Assembly: GCA_000997475.1 (NCBI GenBank)
Contig: LCEC01000001.1
Span: forward strand, 375 to 64,374
DNA: 64,000 nt
Origin: Parcubacteria group bacterium GW2011_GWB1_42_6
GTDB lineage: Bacteria > Patescibacteriota > Minisyncoccia > Portnoybacterales > GWB1-42-6
Direction: 5' to 3'
Shown: positions 9,987 through 20,122 of the stretch, piece after piece
How positions within the stretch are numbered: the stretch's first letter is position 1
How the letters are laid out: each line of letters begins with the position of its first letter
Position numbers and translations under genes: made by a program
The notes under the pieces: model-generated
What the model saw: only the letters and a program-made list of their open reading frames with translations
The model's database searches: none
What the model was told of the DNA's origin: nothing

Positions 9987-11015
9987 ATGGAAATTTTTAT
10001 GACAAAAAAGTTTTTCAGCGAAAATGAAATCAGGCCCGAGAAATTCAAATCTCGAATGGAAAAGGTCAAGTCGCGGGACATAAAATATCTTTTCAGCAAA
10101 AAAAATCGGTTCGTCAAAGTCAATTGTCCGGCGTGCGGAAGGAATAATTTTAAAAAAGCTTTCAAGAAATACGGTTTCACTTTTGATTCATGCGGCGATT
10201 GCGGCACCGTCTTTATGAATCCGAGAGCCACGCCGGAAATATTGGACGATTTTTATTCCCAATCCGCGGTTTACGCGTATTGGAACAAAACAGTCTATCC
10301 GGCTTCGGAAGAATTGAGAAGAGAAAAAATCGTTAAGCCCAGGGTAAAAAGAATTCTCGAAATTTGCGATAAATTCAAGATTCCAAAAAAATGTTTGGTT
10401 GAAGCGGGGGCGGGGTTCGGAACTTTCTGCGACGAGGTTAAAAAGACTGGAGAATTCCAGAGAGTCGTAGCCATTGAGCCTTCGGCAACGGCGAAATCAT
10501 GCCGCCAGAAGGGGATAGAAACCATAGAAGATTTCATTGAAAATATAAAAACCTTGAAATTCGCTCCAAATGTCGTGGCTTCTTTTGAAGTTATAGAACA
10601 TCTTTTTTCTCCGGAAAATTTTTTAACGGGCTGCAAACGGCTAATGTCAAAAGAATCCATCATCGCGGTCAGTTGCCCCAATTACAATGGTTTTGACATT
10701 TTGACCTTGGGACTTGATTCGGAAAGCATAGATCACGAGCATATTAATCTTTTTAATCCGGATTCTCTGTCAAAGCTTTTCAGCCGCTGCGGTTTTGAAG
10801 TTTTGGAATGTTTTACTCCGGGCGAAATAGACGCCGATATCGTGAGAAATAAAATAATTTCCGGCGAATTTGAAATAAAGGACAAGCCGTTTTTAAAACT
10901 TTTATTGATTGACGAGTGGGACGAAATGGGGGCAAAATTTCAAAGTTTTCTCCAAAATAACAATCTTTCTTCCAATATGTGGCTGGTAGCCAAAAATAAG
11001 CAGTCAGCAATTTGA
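9987..11015 (+). CDS. Class I SAM-dependent methyltransferase with N-terminal Zn ribbon
   Basis: CPAC...CGDC, EAGAGFG, FEVIEH. Confidence 0.85.
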   Translation: MEIFMTKKFFSENEIRPEKFKSRMEKVKSRDIKYLFSKKNRFVKVNCPACGRNNFKKAFKKYGFTFDSCGDCGTVFMNPRATPEILDDFYSQSAVYAYWNKTVYPASEELRREKIVKPRVKRILEICDKFKIPKKCLVEAGAGFGTFCDEVKKTGEFQRVVAIEPSATAKSCRQKGIETIEDFIENIKTLKFAPNVVASFEVIEHLFSPENFLTGCKRLMSKESIIAVSCPNYNGFDILTLGLDSESIDHEHINLFNPDSLSKLFSRCGFEVLECFTPGEIDADIVRNKIISGEFEIKDKPFLKLLLIDEWDEMGAKFQSFLQNNNLSSNMWLVAKNKQSAI

Positions 11016-11016
11016 T

Positions 11017-11634
11017 ATGGGCGACAAGCTTTGCATTTTAGATTATGGTTCGGGGAACGTGGGGTCTGTTTTTAATATGTTCTCGACAATAATGGACAGA
11101 GTGGTTGTCTCTAATCGGCCGCCCGATTTGATTTCCTCAACTCATATAATATTGCCGGGCGTGGGCGCTTTTGGCTCTGCCATGGAGAAAATCAAAAAAA
11201 CTATTCCTTTGGACGTTTTGGAAGAAGAAGTTTTGCGAAAAGGCAAACCTTTTTTGGGAATATGCGTGGGTATGCAAGTATTGGCCGACAAAGGTTTTGA
11301 ATTTGGCGAATGCAAGGGATTGGGCTGGATTTCGGGAACGGTTGAAAAAATGGAAAGCGGAGATTTTTCCCTGCCGCACGTGGGCTGGAACAATATTGAA
11401 GTATCGAGGCAAACGAAATTATTTGAAGGCCTTTCCGATAATCAGGATTTTTATTTCGTCCATAGTTATGTTTTCAAGGAAAAAAATTCCAATGACGCGG
11501 CGGCCAAAACGGATTATGGCGAAAAGTTTACTTCCGTTGTCGCGAGAGACAATATTTTCGGTGTTCAATTTCATCCGGAAAAAAGCCAAAAAGCCGGCCG
11601 GATTATTTTAAAAAATTTTCTCGATATAAAATGA
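11017..11634 (+). CDS. HisH-like glutamine amidotransferase subunit (WbuY-type, glycan cluster)
   Basis: DYGSGN, LPGVGAF, GICVGMQ, FHPEKS. Confidence 0.88.
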   Translation: MGDKLCILDYGSGNVGSVFNMFSTIMDRVVVSNRPPDLISSTHIILPGVGAFGSAMEKIKKTIPLDVLEEEVLRKGKPFLGICVGMQVLADKGFEFGECKGLGWISGTVEKMESGDFSLPHVGWNNIEVSRQTKLFEGLSDNQDFYFVHSYVFKEKNSNDAAAKTDYGEKFTSVVARDNIFGVQFHPEKSQKAGRIILKNFLDIK

Positions 11635-12437
11635 AAAAGAAACGCCTCATCCCCGTTCTTCTTTTAAAAAACGGCTGGCTCGTGCAAAGCAGGGAATTTA
11701 AATTTTACAGGAATTTGGGGAATCCGGTTGACGCGGTAAAAAGGCTAAACGAATGGGTTTCCGACGAACTGATTTATTTGAACATATCCAAGGAAGAAGT
11801 GTATGATATAAGAAGAGACGATCAAAATTATCCCAATCGTTGTTCGTTTGAAGAAATTATAGCGGATGTTTCTAAAGCGACTTTTATGCCAATGACGGTG
11901 GGCGGACGAATTGGAAACTTAAACAATATTGAAAAATTATTGTCCCTTGGAGCGGATAAAGTTTCCATTAATTCAAAAGCATTGGAAGACAAAAAATTTA
12001 TTGAGCAATCGGCCAGAGAATTCGGTTCCCAATGCGTGGTTGTTTCGATCGACGCCAAAATTATTAATGGAAAATATATTGTGATGTCGCAGGGAGGATC
12101 GAAAGAGACTCTTTACAATCCGGTTGAGTGGGCAAAAACCGTTGAATCGCTCGGAGCCGGAGAGATTCTTTTAAATTCGATTGATCGCGATGGCATGAAA
12201 AATGGCTACGATATTGATTTATTGGCTGCCGTTTCGGATGCTGTAAAAATTCCGGTAATTGCCTGCGGGGGCGTTGGCGAATGGGCGCATTTTGCCGAAG
12301 CGCTCCAAAAAACGAAGGTTGACGCGGTGGCCGCGGCGAATATTTTTCATTATATCGATCAGAGCGTTTATTTGGCCAAAAAATATCTTTATGAAGAGGG
12401 TTGCAATGTCAGACCTTGCGATCTGATGCCGGCCTGA
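11631..12437 (+). CDS. HisF-like cyclase subunit (WbuZ-type, glycan cluster)
   Basis: RLIPVLL, TVGG, GADKVSINS, GAGEILLNSIDRDG. Confidence 0.88.
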   Translation: MKKKRLIPVLLLKNGWLVQSREFKFYRNLGNPVDAVKRLNEWVSDELIYLNISKEEVYDIRRDDQNYPNRCSFEEIIADVSKATFMPMTVGGRIGNLNNIEKLLSLGADKVSINSKALEDKKFIEQSAREFGSQCVVVSIDAKIINGKYIVMSQGGSKETLYNPVEWAKTVESLGAGEILLNSIDRDGMKNGYDIDLLAAVSDAVKIPVIACGGVGEWAHFAEALQKTKVDAVAAANIFHYIDQSVYLAKKYLYEEGCNVRPCDLMPA

Positions 12438-12478
12438 AAATTATTTTTGGCGGTCAATCCTATTTTCGGGATCCTCTT

Positions 12479-13471
12479 ATGAAAGAAGAAGAAATCAGAC
12501 CCGGCAATCTAATGGCTGAAAATAGCAAACTGCACGCAAAAGATGTGGCCGAAATTTTGATTCGCCGAAAAGAATTTAAAAAAATAGCCTGTCCCGCTTG
12601 CGAATCAAAGAAGCAAAAATTCGCGTTTAAGAAAGATGGATTCAATTTCGCGGTTTGCTTGAAATGCGGCACTCTATTTATCAATCCAAGGCCTTCCCGC
12701 GAATTGTTGGCGGATTTTTATAAAAATTCGCGCAGCATCCGCCATTGGAGCGATAAAATTTTTCCGGCCAGCGAAAAACAAAGAAGATCGCAAATTTTTT
12801 ATCCGAGAGCGAAACGGATTATCGGTCTTTGCAAAAAATTTAAAATTAAAAACGGAGTTCTGGCGGATATCGGCGCCGGTTTCGGCACTTTCTGCCAAGA
12901 AGTCAAGAAATTAAATTTTTTTAAAGAAATTATTGCCATAGAGCCTTCAAAAAAATTAGCGCAGGTTTGCCGGCAAAAAGGTATTTTTGTGATTGAAGAA
13001 ATGGCCGAAAACGTAAATTTGGAAAAAATTGACGTGGTGACCAGTTTTGAATTGCTGGAACATCTTTTTTGGCCAAAAAACTTTCTTTGCGCTTTGTCCA
13101 AAAATATGTCCAAAAATTCCCTGTTTATTCTCACGACCCCAAACATAAGAGGATTTGATTTGCTTACTCTGGGAGAGCTTTCCAATAATATCAAGGGGCC
13201 GAACCATTTGAATTATTTTCATCCCGGTTCAATCAGCCTTCTATTGGAAGGTTGCGGATTTGAAGTGGTTGAGGTTCTGACGCCCGGAAAACTTGACGCG
13301 GAACTGGTAAGGAAAAAAATTTTACAGGACGATCCGGGCATCTTTTTAAATCGTCCTTTTATTCGGCACATCTTGGTGGACAAATGGAAATCCGTAGGAA
13401 ATTCTTTTCAGCATTTTTTGGCAGATAATAATTTATCTTCCCATTTATGGGTCGTGGCGAAGAAAAAATAA
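12479..13471 (+). CDS. Class I SAM-dependent methyltransferase with Zn ribbon (paralog of 9987..11015)
   Basis: CPAC...CLKC, DIGAGFG, FELLEH, TPGKLD; ATG at 12479 preferred. Confidence 0.85.
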   Translation: MKEEEIRPGNLMAENSKLHAKDVAEILIRRKEFKKIACPACESKKQKFAFKKDGFNFAVCLKCGTLFINPRPSRELLADFYKNSRSIRHWSDKIFPASEKQRRSQIFYPRAKRIIGLCKKFKIKNGVLADIGAGFGTFCQEVKKLNFFKEIIAIEPSKKLAQVCRQKGIFVIEEMAENVNLEKIDVVTSFELLEHLFWPKNFLCALSKNMSKNSLFILTTPNIRGFDLLTLGELSNNIKGPNHLNYFHPGSISLLLEGCGFEVVEVLTPGKLDAELVRKKILQDDPGIFLNRPFIRHILVDKWKSVGNSFQHFLADNNLSSHLWVVAKKK

Positions 13472-13475
13472 AAAT

Positions 13476-14690
13476 ATGAAATATTGCGAAAGGTGCGTTT
13501 ATCCAAAAGTCTCGGTAAATCTTGAATTGGACAGCGAGGGAGTTTGTTCAAGTTGCCGAACTTTTGAAAAATTCAAAGCAACCCCTTCCCAAATATGGGA
13601 AAAAAAGAAAAAAAAGTTTGAAGAAATTATCGCCAATTCCAAAAAAAGCGGCGTTTCCAATTATGACTGCGTTATTCCCGTTAGCGGCGGCAAAGACAGT
13701 TATTTTCAAGCGCATGTGATAGTTTCCGAATTTGGCTTGAAACCCTTGCTTGTAACTTATCATGGCAATAATTACCTGCCCGAAGGAGATTATAACCGCG
13801 ACAGGATGCGCCAAGTATTTGATGCCGATCATCTTGTTTTCGGTCCAAGCGTCGAGGTCTTGAAAAAACTCAACAGAATTGGTTTCAAGAAAATGGGAGA
13901 TATGAATTGGCACGCTCATTGCGGCATTGTCACTTATCCGATAATCGCCGCGGTTAAATTCAATATTCCGCTTATTATTTGGGGAGAGGTCGCGTGGGAT
14001 ATTTCGGGAATGTTTGATCCGGACGATTTTGTGGAGTTTAGCGCGCGGGTGCGTCACGAACATTATGTGAGAGGCTATGAATGGAGCGATATGGTAAATA
14101 ATGATCCCAAAGACAGATTAACCGAAAAAGATATGCTTTGGGCCAAATATCCTTCCGATGAAGAAATCTTGAAGGTTGGCGCGAGGGGATTATATATAGG
14201 AAATTTTTTCCGATGGGATCCCAATAATCATGTAAAATTGGTTCAGAAAAAATACGGGTGGAAGGCTAAAGAAGGACAGTTTGAAAGAACTTATCGCAAA
14301 TTTTCCAATTTGGATGACAGATACGAAAATGGCGCGCACGATCTGATGAAATTCATAAAATTCGGCTATGGCCGAGCTTCCGATCACGCCTCCAAAGATA
14401 TCCGCGACGGTTATATGACTCGCGAGCAAGGAGTAGCAATGGTAAAAAAATATGATCATGTGATTTCAAAAGATCTTTATTATTGGCTTGAGTATGTCGG
14501 TATGAGCGAGAAAGAATTTTGGCGCATAGCCGATACTTTCAGGGATCCTCGGGTTTGGCGGATTGAGAGCGGCCAATGGGTGAAAGATAATATCTGGGGC
14601 GGTTCATCAGCTTATGGGCCGGTTCATCTGAATGTTAAACAAATTAAAGCTTATAAAGAACGCCAGAAAAAGATAAATCGGATAATTTAA
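13476..14690 (+). CDS. N-acetyl sugar amidotransferase (WbuX/WbpG/PseA family)
   Basis: N-terminal CxxC...CxxC, PP-loop SGGKDS, KFGYGRA. Confidence 0.88.
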   Translation: MKYCERCVYPKVSVNLELDSEGVCSSCRTFEKFKATPSQIWEKKKKKFEEIIANSKKSGVSNYDCVIPVSGGKDSYFQAHVIVSEFGLKPLLVTYHGNNYLPEGDYNRDRMRQVFDADHLVFGPSVEVLKKLNRIGFKKMGDMNWHAHCGIVTYPIIAAVKFNIPLIIWGEVAWDISGMFDPDDFVEFSARVRHEHYVRGYEWSDMVNNDPKDRLTEKDMLWAKYPSDEEILKVGARGLYIGNFFRWDPNNHVKLVQKKYGWKAKEGQFERTYRKFSNLDDRYENGAHDLMKFIKFGYGRASDHASKDIRDGYMTREQGVAMVKKYDHVISKDLYYWLEYVGMSEKEFWRIADTFRDPRVWRIESGQWVKDNIWGGSSAYGPVHLNVKQIKAYKERQKKINRII

Positions 14691-14700
14691 GATTAAAAAA

Positions 14701-16230
14701 ATGAAAATCTCTCTCATTGTGAGCGCCGATATCACCGACAGCTACGGCTTCAACGTTTTGGCGGCGCAGCTTAAAAAATTCAAAGACAGAAACGTCGAGG
14801 TTGGGCAGTTTTATATTTTTTACGATTTCAACAAATCCTATCCGCCCGAAGCGATTGAGGATTTGGTTTCTTTGTGCCGAGGGAGCGATCTTATCGGCAT
14901 TTCGCTGCTTTCCAGCGCTTTCAAAAATTCCGTCGCGATTACCAAAGCTCTGAAAGAGAAAATAAATTGTCCCGTAATCTGGGGCGGCAAACATCCCACG
15001 GCTGATCCGGAAGAATGCGTCAGGTATGCCGATATGATTTGTTTGAGCGAAGGAGAAGACGCGCTTTGCGAACTGGTGGAGAGAATGCTGGAAAACAAAT
15101 CTTACGATGATATCCAAAATCTTTGGGTGAGAAAAGGCGATTGGATAATCAAGAATCCGTTAAGGCCGGTGGAGGAAAATTTGGATCGTTTTCTGCCGCC
15201 CGATTATTCTCTGGAAAACAAATTTGTTTTGGACAAAAAAACTTTGCGCATTCGGCCGATCGAAGATCGCGATCTGGAGAATATGCGTTTGTGGTATCCC
15301 ACGATGATGACGCGGGGATGCCCCAATTGCTGCACTTTTTGCACCAACAGCACCGATCTGCGTTTGCGAAAAATGCGTTCGCGCGGGCTGGATAATGTTT
15401 TTGGCGAAATCAAAATTTTTTTGAAAAAATATCCGGACACAAAAAGGATTTTTTTCCGCGACGATTGCATCAGCGCGATGCCTCTTGATTTCATCAAAGA
15501 ATTCTGCCGGCGGTGGAAAGAGGAAATCAATTTGCCTTGCAGCTGTTCGGGAGTGATCGCGACCAGCCCGGATTTTGAGGAAAAAATAAAATTGCTCACT
15601 GATGCCGGATTCACCGGTCTGAAAATGGGAATACAATCGGGTTGCGAAAGAGTGCGCCGGTTTGTTTTTGCCAGAGTCGGCGAAACCGATGAAGTGATTA
15701 TGAAGGCGGCGAGAATTCTGCGAAAATGGGCCCACGGCAAGAATTGTTATTATATGATCACCGATAATCCTTATGAATCGGAAGAAGAATTGGTTCAATC
15801 AATAAGATTCACCAGCCGCGTGCCGCGCCCTTTTTCTTTATCCCTTTATTCTCTCAATTTCTATCCCGGCACCGCGATTTACAATCGGGCCATAAACGGC
15901 GGGATTATAAAAGACAAAGAGCAGGCGCTTCAGGAATCAACCATGGATTTTAAAGACACTTATTTGGGCCGGGTTTTCCTTTTGCTCCGTTTTTTCGAAC
16001 TTCCGCCTTTCTTTGTGAATTTTTTGACGAACAAGAAAATTTATTCCAATAAAATTTACCGAAAATCATTCAATCTGTTTTTTTGGTTTCTTTGCCGGAG
16101 TAAATTGCCCACCCGATGGATAAGGGCGCCCAGGCTCAAAGATCCCGACACTTGGGAAATTATCAGATGGATTGTCTGGCAGGGCATTGAACGCGCAAGC
16201 CGCTGCTATCACCGGCGCTTTGTGAAATAA
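14701..16230 (+). CDS. B12-binding domain radical SAM protein
   Basis: WGGKHPT, SEGE, RGCPNCCTFC (CxxxCxxC), YPGT. Confidence 0.88.
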   Translation: MKISLIVSADITDSYGFNVLAAQLKKFKDRNVEVGQFYIFYDFNKSYPPEAIEDLVSLCRGSDLIGISLLSSAFKNSVAITKALKEKINCPVIWGGKHPTADPEECVRYADMICLSEGEDALCELVERMLENKSYDDIQNLWVRKGDWIIKNPLRPVEENLDRFLPPDYSLENKFVLDKKTLRIRPIEDRDLENMRLWYPTMMTRGCPNCCTFCTNSTDLRLRKMRSRGLDNVFGEIKIFLKKYPDTKRIFFRDDCISAMPLDFIKEFCRRWKEEINLPCSCSGVIATSPDFEEKIKLLTDAGFTGLKMGIQSGCERVRRFVFARVGETDEVIMKAARILRKWAHGKNCYYMITDNPYESEEELVQSIRFTSRVPRPFSLSLYSLNFYPGTAIYNRAINGGIIKDKEQALQESTMDFKDTYLGRVFLLLRFFELPPFFVNFLTNKKIYSNKIYRKSFNLFFWFLCRSKLPTRWIRAPRLKDPDTWEIIRWIVWQGIERASRCYHRRFVK

Positions 16231-16287
16231 GCATATTTTTTACAAAAAAGAGATCGGGCGAAATTAATTCGTAATTGGCTAGCAAAT

Positions 16288-17247
16288 ATGAAAATTCTAA
16301 ACGCAATCGGCAAAGAATTCAGCCTTTCGGCCAAACCTATTCTTGAAAAAGCGGGAGAAGTCGATTATTTGAATTTGGCGCAGGATGAATTTGAGGAAAA
16401 AATTGTCTCTTACGACGCTGCTGTTTTGGGATTAGGCTTGAATTTGAACGAAGAAGTTTTGCGGAAAGCCAAGAATCTGAAAGTGATTGCCACAGCCACC
16501 ACGGGTTTGGATCATATTGATTTAAAAACAGCCCAAGAAAAAGGAATCGAAGTTTTGAGCTTGAAAGGCGAAGAAGAATTTTTAAAAACCATCGCGGGAA
16601 CGGCCGAACTGGCTTTTGGATTGCTTATCGATCTTTCCAGAATGGTTTCAGCCGGCTTTGAATCGGTAAAAAAAGGCGAGTGGGATCGCGAAAAATTCAG
16701 GGGACATAATCTGCGAGGCAAAACTTTGGGAATTTTGGGTTTGGGCCGGCTTGGGCAAATGATGGCCAAATACGGTTTGGCTTTCGGTATGCGCGCAATC
16801 GCTTGCGATCCTTATGTTAAAAAGGAATCTTTCAGCGATTCCGGCTGCCGGCGCGTTGATTTTGAAACTTTGCTCAAAGAGAGCGATGCCGTTTCAATCC
16901 ACGTCCATTTGAGCGAAAAAACGGAAGGTCTTTTTTCAAAAGAATCTTTTGAAAAAATGAAAGACGGGGCGCTTTTAATAAACACCTCAAGGGGGAAAAT
17001 AGTAAATGAGGAAGATTTAATCCAATTTTTAAAAAACGGCAAGATTGGGGGATACGCGGCTGATGTATTGACAAATGAGCTTAAATTTGGTAAAAAGTTT
17101 GAAAGCGATCCGTTGGTTGAATGCGCCAAAAACGGCCAAAATGTCATAATCACTCCGCATATCGGCGGAATGACCTATGAATCGAGGGAAGCCACGGATA
17201 TGTTTATTTCTCAAAAATTGCTTGATTATGTCCAAAATAACGAATAA
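16288..17247 (+). CDS. D-isomer-specific 2-hydroxyacid dehydrogenase (SerA-like)
   Basis: TGLDHID, GILGLGRLG, INTSRG, TPHIGG. Confidence 0.88.
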   Translation: MKILNAIGKEFSLSAKPILEKAGEVDYLNLAQDEFEEKIVSYDAAVLGLGLNLNEEVLRKAKNLKVIATATTGLDHIDLKTAQEKGIEVLSLKGEEEFLKTIAGTAELAFGLLIDLSRMVSAGFESVKKGEWDREKFRGHNLRGKTLGILGLGRLGQMMAKYGLAFGMRAIACDPYVKKESFSDSGCRRVDFETLLKESDAVSIHVHLSEKTEGLFSKESFEKMKDGALLINTSRGKIVNEEDLIQFLKNGKIGGYAADVLTNELKFGKKFESDPLVECAKNGQNVIITPHIGGMTYESREATDMFISQKLLDYVQNNE

Positions 17248-17962
17248 AAAGAAAAAAGTTTTGGGAATTATTCCGGCCAGAGGCGGCTCCAAAGGAATTC
17301 CCGGCAAAAACATAAAAAATTTTTGCGGCAAGCCCCTGCTCGCCCATATTTTTGAGGCGGCCAAGAATTCCGGAGTGTTTGACCGGATAATCGTTTCCAC
17401 GGATGACGAAAAAATCGCTCAAGTTGCCAAAAAATGCGGCGCCGAAGTCCCGTTCATTCGTCCGGCCCGACTCGCTCAAGACAAAACTCCCACTTTGCCC
17501 GTGATTCAACACGCCGTAAATTATTTAAAAGAAAATGAAAATTATAACCCCGATTATGTGATGATTTTGCAGCCCACCGTTCCCTTGACGCAGTCCAGGC
17601 ATTTGAAAGAGGCGGTTGAACTTATTTTGAATAAAAAAGCGGATACGGTTTTGAGCGTTGCCGAAATTCCCGAGAGTTTTAATCCTTGCAACGCGATGGT
17701 TCTGGATGAGGGATTCTTAAAGCTTTATAACGGCTTGCCGGTCCGCCAAAGAATTCCCCGCCGCCAAGACAGGCCGCAAACTTTTTGGAGCATCGGTTGC
17801 ATTTATCTTTTTAGAACCGATCTGATTTTTGATCAGAAAGAACCTTCTTTTTACGGCAATAAAATTTTGCCATATATTTTGGAAAAAGAATGCATTTGCG
17901 ACATCAATACGCCGGAAGATTGGGATATCGCCGCAAAGTCTTATAAAAAATTGAGAAAATAG
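17228..17962 (+). CDS. neuA: Acylneuraminate cytidylyltransferase (second copy)
   Basis: IIPARGGSKGIPGKN, VSTDD, LQPT, DINTPED. Confidence 0.9.
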   Translation: MSKITNKKKKVLGIIPARGGSKGIPGKNIKNFCGKPLLAHIFEAAKNSGVFDRIIVSTDDEKIAQVAKKCGAEVPFIRPARLAQDKTPTLPVIQHAVNYLKENENYNPDYVMILQPTVPLTQSRHLKEAVELILNKKADTVLSVAEIPESFNPCNAMVLDEGFLKLYNGLPVRQRIPRRQDRPQTFWSIGCIYLFRTDLIFDQKEPSFYGNKILPYILEKECICDINTPEDWDIAAKSYKKLRK

Positions 17963-18640
17963 AAAATTATTATTTTTTCTCCGGGAATAAACGGAGAATT
18001 AGGGGTTAATACTTTTATTGTTTCTCTTTCGATTATTCCCGGAGCTTTGTTCGACAGATTTATTTTTGGCCATTGTCTCAAATTGAGGCAATGGTTTGGA
18101 ATATTTGTTGCGATAATCGCTGGATATTCCATTCTGCAATGGCCGTCTTTAAAACAATTGCTGAAGATGCCATTATGGATTTGGCTCTCATCCGTTGTAT
18201 CTTTAAGTATGGCGATTGGCCAGTTGATCACTCAGAGAATAAAGGATATCGAAATCTTTCGCAATAATTTTTGGGCGGGAATAACTACATTTACGCTAAA
18301 CTTCTTTTTTCTTTATGCGATGGATTCTTTAGGCCTCCTTAAAAATTTTTCCGAGCCGATGAGATTTTTATGGCTGTTTTCATTACTTATTGGGGTTATA
18401 TTCATCGGAAGCTGGTCATTTAATCTGATGGCTTACAAAAATGAAGCTTATATCGCTCTGAAGAAATTAACGATGAATGGGATTTATTTGACGTTAACCA
18501 TGGCAGCTGGAGTAATTTTCTTCGGGGAGTCATTAAGCGTCGGAAAGATTTTGGGAGTTGTTCTTTTTTTTGTTGCTTTTGTTCTTGTTGATGAAAAAAC
18601 TTGGAATTTTTTCCGTCGGTGGTCAGATAATCAAAGTTGA
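17963..18640 (+). pseudogene. EamA/DMT-like membrane transporter, apparently 5'-truncated
   Basis: Several hydrophobic helices and FFGESLS...KILG motif; the frame is open back to the neuA stop with no ATG or RBS. Confidence 0.5.
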
Positions 18641-18647
18641 GAAAATA

Positions 18648-18675
18648 AAAAACCTCGCTTGCAAGCGAGGTTTTT
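18648..18675. terminator. Bidirectional intrinsic terminator
   Basis: AAAAACCTCGCTTGCAAGCGAGGTTTTT perfect inverted repeat between convergent genes. Confidence 0.85.
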
Positions 18676-18698
18676 AAATATTGAAATAAGATATAATC

Positions 18699-20048
18699 CT
18701 ATCTTCCCCCTCCGCTCAAAACCGTTTTTACCGTCTTGAGAATTATCGCCGCTTCCAAAAACAAGGAGCGGTTTTTTATATAATATAAATCGTATTGAAG
18801 TTTTTGAAGAGTATCCTTGATTGAAGAGCCATAAGGATATTTTATCTGCGCCCAGCCGGTGAGTCCCGGTTTGATGGTGTGGCGGATTTGATAAAACGGG
18901 ATTTCGGAAAGTATTTCATTGGAGAAAGCAAACTCCGGGCGTTCCGGCCGCGGACCCACGAAAGACATGTCGCCTTTTAAGATATTCCAAAGCTGGGGAA
19001 GTTCATCAAGGCGCGTTTTGCGCAAAAAATTTCCCACTCGGGTTATTCGGCCGTCGTTTTTTTTGGCCCATTGGGCGCCGTTTTCTTCCGCGTTTTTAAT
19101 CATTGAGCGAAATTTTACGACTTCAAAAATTTTATTGTCCTGGCCCACTCTTTTTTGAGAATAAAAAATGGGACCGGAGCTGTCCAGTTTTATGGCCAGC
19201 GCTATAAACGGATAAAGAATCAGTGCGATAATTCCGCCCAAGATTGAAGCAATCATGTCAAAGACTCTTTTAACCGCCTCAAAGACGATTTTTTTTCCGG
19301 TCATCAAATTTTCCAGAAACCAAACTTCTTCGATCGCGGAAACCGGAACTTTGCCCGTGATTTTTTCGTAGAAACTGGGAAGATCCGCCAGAGTGATTTT
19401 AAGCGGTATGCATTGATAAAGATTGCGCACGAGCTCGCTGTTTTTGTGCGGATTGACGCTTGTGATAATCACCTGTATTCTGTCTTGGGCAATCACGTGC
19501 GTAAGATCATAAAGGATTTCCACTTCATTGGGTTCGACTATTTTTTTGATTCGATAGCCAAGCTGCGGGCTGTCATTGATGTATCTGATCAGTTCTTTGG
19601 CTTCTTGGCTTTGGCCGATGACCAGAACATTATTAAGCAGGGCTCGGCTTCTGATAAAACGGTTGAAAAATTGCCGCCAAGCGACGAATAAAACGGCGAA
19701 AATCAAAAGGTTTATGAAAAGATTGGTTTTGGGAGTAACCTTGAAAAAAGGAAAAAAATAAAAGAAAATTATCGCCAGTCCCGCGTCTATGGCCAGAACC
19801 TTGGCCAGAGTGATGAAAAAATAAAGATTATTGCGCGCCATGCTGATTTCGTAAAGCCCGATGATATAAAAAGCCAGAATCCAGAAAGCGTAAATAATGG
19901 AAAAGGGAAAAAAATGTTCCTGCCATTGAAGAGAGCAGTTTTGGCCGTAACGCAAAACAAGCGTTGCCAGGAGCGCCAGATATAGGATCGCGATATCCCC
20001 CGCGACCAATATGAAAACTTTTATCCTGCCAAGCAATGTGCTCATCAT
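18699..20048 (-). CDS. Polyprenyl-phosphate glycosylphosphotransferase (priming sugar transferase, WcaJ-like)
   Basis: N-terminal TM helices, [39 protein letters not shown]. Confidence 0.92.
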   Translation of the reverse strand: MMSTLLGRIKVFILVAGDIAILYLALLATLVLRYGQNCSLQWQEHFFPFSIIYAFWILAFYIIGLYEISMARNNLYFFITLAKVLAIDAGLAIIFFYFFPFFKVTPKTNLFINLLIFAVLFVAWRQFFNRFIRSRALLNNVLVIGQSQEAKELIRYINDSPQLGYRIKKIVEPNEVEILYDLTHVIAQDRIQVIITSVNPHKNSELVRNLYQCIPLKITLADLPSFYEKITGKVPVSAIEEVWFLENLMTGKKIVFEAVKRVFDMIASILGGIIALILYPFIALAIKLDSSGPIFYSQKRVGQDNKIFEVVKFRSMIKNAEENGAQWAKKNDGRITRVGNFLRKTRLDELPQLWNILKGDMSFVGPRPERPEFAFSNEILSEIPFYQIRHTIKPGLTGWAQIKYPYGSSIKDTLQKLQYDLYYIKNRSLFLEAAIILKTVKTVLSGGGR

Positions 20049-20122
20049 TTAAATTCTAACTAATTTTTTGGTTTTTGGCAATATTTTAAAAGATTGTTTT
20101 ATCTGATAAAATATAAGCGGTT

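Noticed and set aside
11017-12437. Histidine biosynthesis genes hisH/hisF
   Set aside because: No other his genes nearby; the position next to a WbuX-type amidotransferase in a glycan cluster indicates WbuY/WbuZ-type paralogs.
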